In this document: positions 61,768 to 64,000 of the stretch, in pieces
How positions within the stretch are numbered: position 1 is the first letter of the stretch
Layout: each line of letters opens with the position of its first letter
From: Malacoraja senta
Taxonomy: Eukaryota
Assembly (NCBI GenBank): GCA_038087875.1
Contig: CM075989.1
Coordinates: 22,632,001-22,696,000 of the forward strand
Direction: 5' to 3'
Length of the DNA: 64,000 bases
Position numbers and translations under genes: made by a program
The notes under the pieces: model-generated
What the model was told of the DNA's origin: nothing
What the model saw: only the letters and a program-made list of their open reading frames with translations
Databases searched by the model: none

Positions 61768-62067
61768 GGCGGAGTGGTGACACAGCGGTAGAGTTGCTGC
61801 CTTATGGCGCCACAGACCCAGCTTCGGTCCTGTCTACGGGTGCTTGTCCATACAGAGTTTGCACATTCTCCCCGTGACCTGAGTGGGTTTCCTCTGGGTG
61901 CTCCGGTTTCCTCCCACACTCCAAAGGCTTGTAGGTTTGTAAGTTAAATAGCTTTGGTAAATATTGTAAAATTGTCCCGAGTGTGGAGGATAGTGCTAGT
62001 GTATGGGGTGATCACCGGTCGGCGCTGACTCGGTGGGATGTAGGGCCTGTTTCCGTGCTGTATCTCT
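61768..62067 (+). mobile_element. HE1-type V-SINE
   Basis: consensus match. Confidence 0.8.
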
Positions 62068-62422
62068 GAGGTCCAAATGTTGACACTATCTGCAGGCGAT
62101 AGGTACAAAGACCTGCTGAGGTGCTTGTACAGTTTAGGACTGTGGCCAGTGTGTGGTAATGGCGAGGTTGAGAGGGAGCCAGTTGGACAGTTTCCCAGAA
62201 TATGCTACAGTTCTCAAGCAACAAATGTCCCAAGGTGTCATTCCTGGGCAATCATTCCTGTCCTAAAATCTAAATTCAATTTGTTCAGGCGTCATGTAAT
62301 CTGGAAGAGTGCGAGTGTGTGAGTGTAATAGGCTGTGTTTTCCCTCTTCTGGGAAGCTGGGACTCAAACATAAATGGTTGTGAATAATCTACATGGTACA
62401 GTTTTGAACAGATAATCGACTT

Positions 62423-62838
62423 GAGCGACTGAGCTTGTATCCACTGGAATTTAGAAGGATGAGAAGGGATCATTGAAACATATAAGATTGTTAAGGGTTT
62501 GGACACGCTAGAGGCAGGAAGCATGTTCCCAATGTTGGGGGAGTTCAGAACCAGGGGCCACAGTTTAAGAATAAGGGATAACCCATTTAGAACGGAGATG
62601 AGGAAAAACGTTTTCACCCAAAGAGTTGTAAATCTGTGGAATTCTCTGCCTCAGAAAGCAGTGGAGGCCAATTCTCTGGATGCTTTCAAGAGATAGTTAG
62701 ATAGAGTTCTTAAAGATAGCGGAGTCAAGGGATATGGGGAGAAGGCAGGAACAGGGTACTGATTGTGGATGATCAGCCATGATCACAGTGAATGGCGGTG
62801 CTGACTCAAAGGGCCGAATGGCCTACTCCTGCACCTAT
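62423..62838 (+). mobile_element. CR1 3' fragment
   Basis: homologous to 1460-1875. Confidence 0.9.
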
Positions 62839-63033
62839 ATATTCTTCTTGCAGAGACTGAGCCCTGGATTGGGCCTGTTGCAGGTGGGAAGGTGCGAGGG
62901 TCTCTTGGACCCTCTGTTGCAGGGAGAGAGAAACAAATACGCTGACATAATAACCACAACCATCTTGGTTAAAAAAGACCCAACACAAAATGCAATGTGT
63001 CGGAAGTAACCGCCTAATGTGTAAGAAGGAACT

Positions 63034-63322
63034 AGCGGTAGAGTTGCTGCCTCACAACTCCGGGGTCCCGGGTTTGATCCCGGCTACGGGCGTTGTGTGT
63101 ACGGAGTTTGTACGTTCTCCCCATGGCCTGCGTGGGTTTTCTCCGAGATCTGCTGTTTCTTCCCACACTCCAAAGACGTAAAGGTTTGCCGGCTAATTGG
63201 CTTGGTATAAATGTAAATTGTCCCTAGTGTGTGTAGGATAGTGTTAATGTGCGGGGATCGCTGGTCGGCGTGGACTCGGTGCGCCTGTTTCCGCGCTGTG
63301 TCTCTAAAACTAAAACTAAATA
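63034..63322 (+). mobile_element. HE1-type V-SINE
   Basis: V domain and tail. Confidence 0.85.
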
Positions 63323-63859
63323 CTAAAACTCGGCAGGTCAGGCGGCATCTTTGGAGAGAAGGAATGGGCCTGAAGAAGGGTCTTGCCCCAAAACGTCACC
63401 CATTCCTTCTCTTTGCCTGTCCTGATGAGTGACTCCAGCATTTTGTGTCTACAAAATGGCAGCAGCATAACCGTGAGGTTTAACTCTTTGGAATCAACGA
63501 CACTTTATTGCCCAGTCCCTGTTGTTAAACACAGGCACTTGTGCCAAAATATACATCTGTATATGATTTAAGAAACACCCGGATTTATTTTTTGAGGATG
63601 TAAATTGAATGTTATTCTTTGAAGGGAGCGCAGGGACAGAAAATCCCCGAGGTTTATGTTCACGAATGGATGAAGGTAGTATGAGACTTTTAATAAAAAA
63701 TATATTAACAATCTCACACAATCTTAGGCCCAGAGAGAAAGACGGAACACTACAAAGACCGTCACAACAAGCAGCAATATCATGGGAACTGTTCTTGGGA
63801 TTAACCAAGACTCCATGTGCTTCTAACTGCAGTCTTCTACACAGAGAAGTAGTGGAATG

Positions 63860-64000
63860 GAGTGGGTATATTTAAGGCAGAGATAGATAGATTCTTGATT
63901 AGTACGGGTGTCAGAGGTTATGGGGAGAAGGCAGGGAAATTAGGTTAGGAGGGAGAGATAGATCAGCCACGATTGAATGGTGGAGTAGACATGATGGGCC
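63860..64000 (+). mobile_element. CR1 3' fragment, runs off the window
   Basis: homologous to 12180-12316. Confidence 0.8.

Overview
Repeat-dense, non-bacterial vertebrate DNA. The SINE and LINE families point to a cartilaginous fish, probably a skate or ray (inference), and the window is likely intronic or intergenic. No complete host gene is recognisable; a few isolated exon candidates lie at ~18.2, ~48.0 and ~63.6 kb. Almost all listed ORFs are transposon fragments or chance frames. Contents: many 5'-truncated CR1 LINEs, Rex1/Babar, L2 and HERO-like LINE fragments, about 30 tRNA-derived V-domain (HE1-type) SINE copies or fragments, PIF/Harbinger-type MITEs, a solo LTR, a 200-N gap and an apparently perfect 1609-bp tandem duplication. 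The main signal is a very abundant family (roughly 40-45 loci, counted by eye) of 60-400 bp Penelope-like-element (PLE) terminal repeats. They carry a minimal hammerhead ribozyme core (CTGAnGA-A-GGGTC-NN-GACCC-GAAAC-GTH), sit as inverted, tandem or satellite-like units, and many have 11-14 bp target-site duplications. A GIY-YIG-type ORF C-terminus at 31.3 kb links them to PLEs. A second, speculative hammerhead-like motif with permuted strand order lies in the 3' UTR of a HERO-like element. All coordinates were read by eye and repeat boundaries are approximate.
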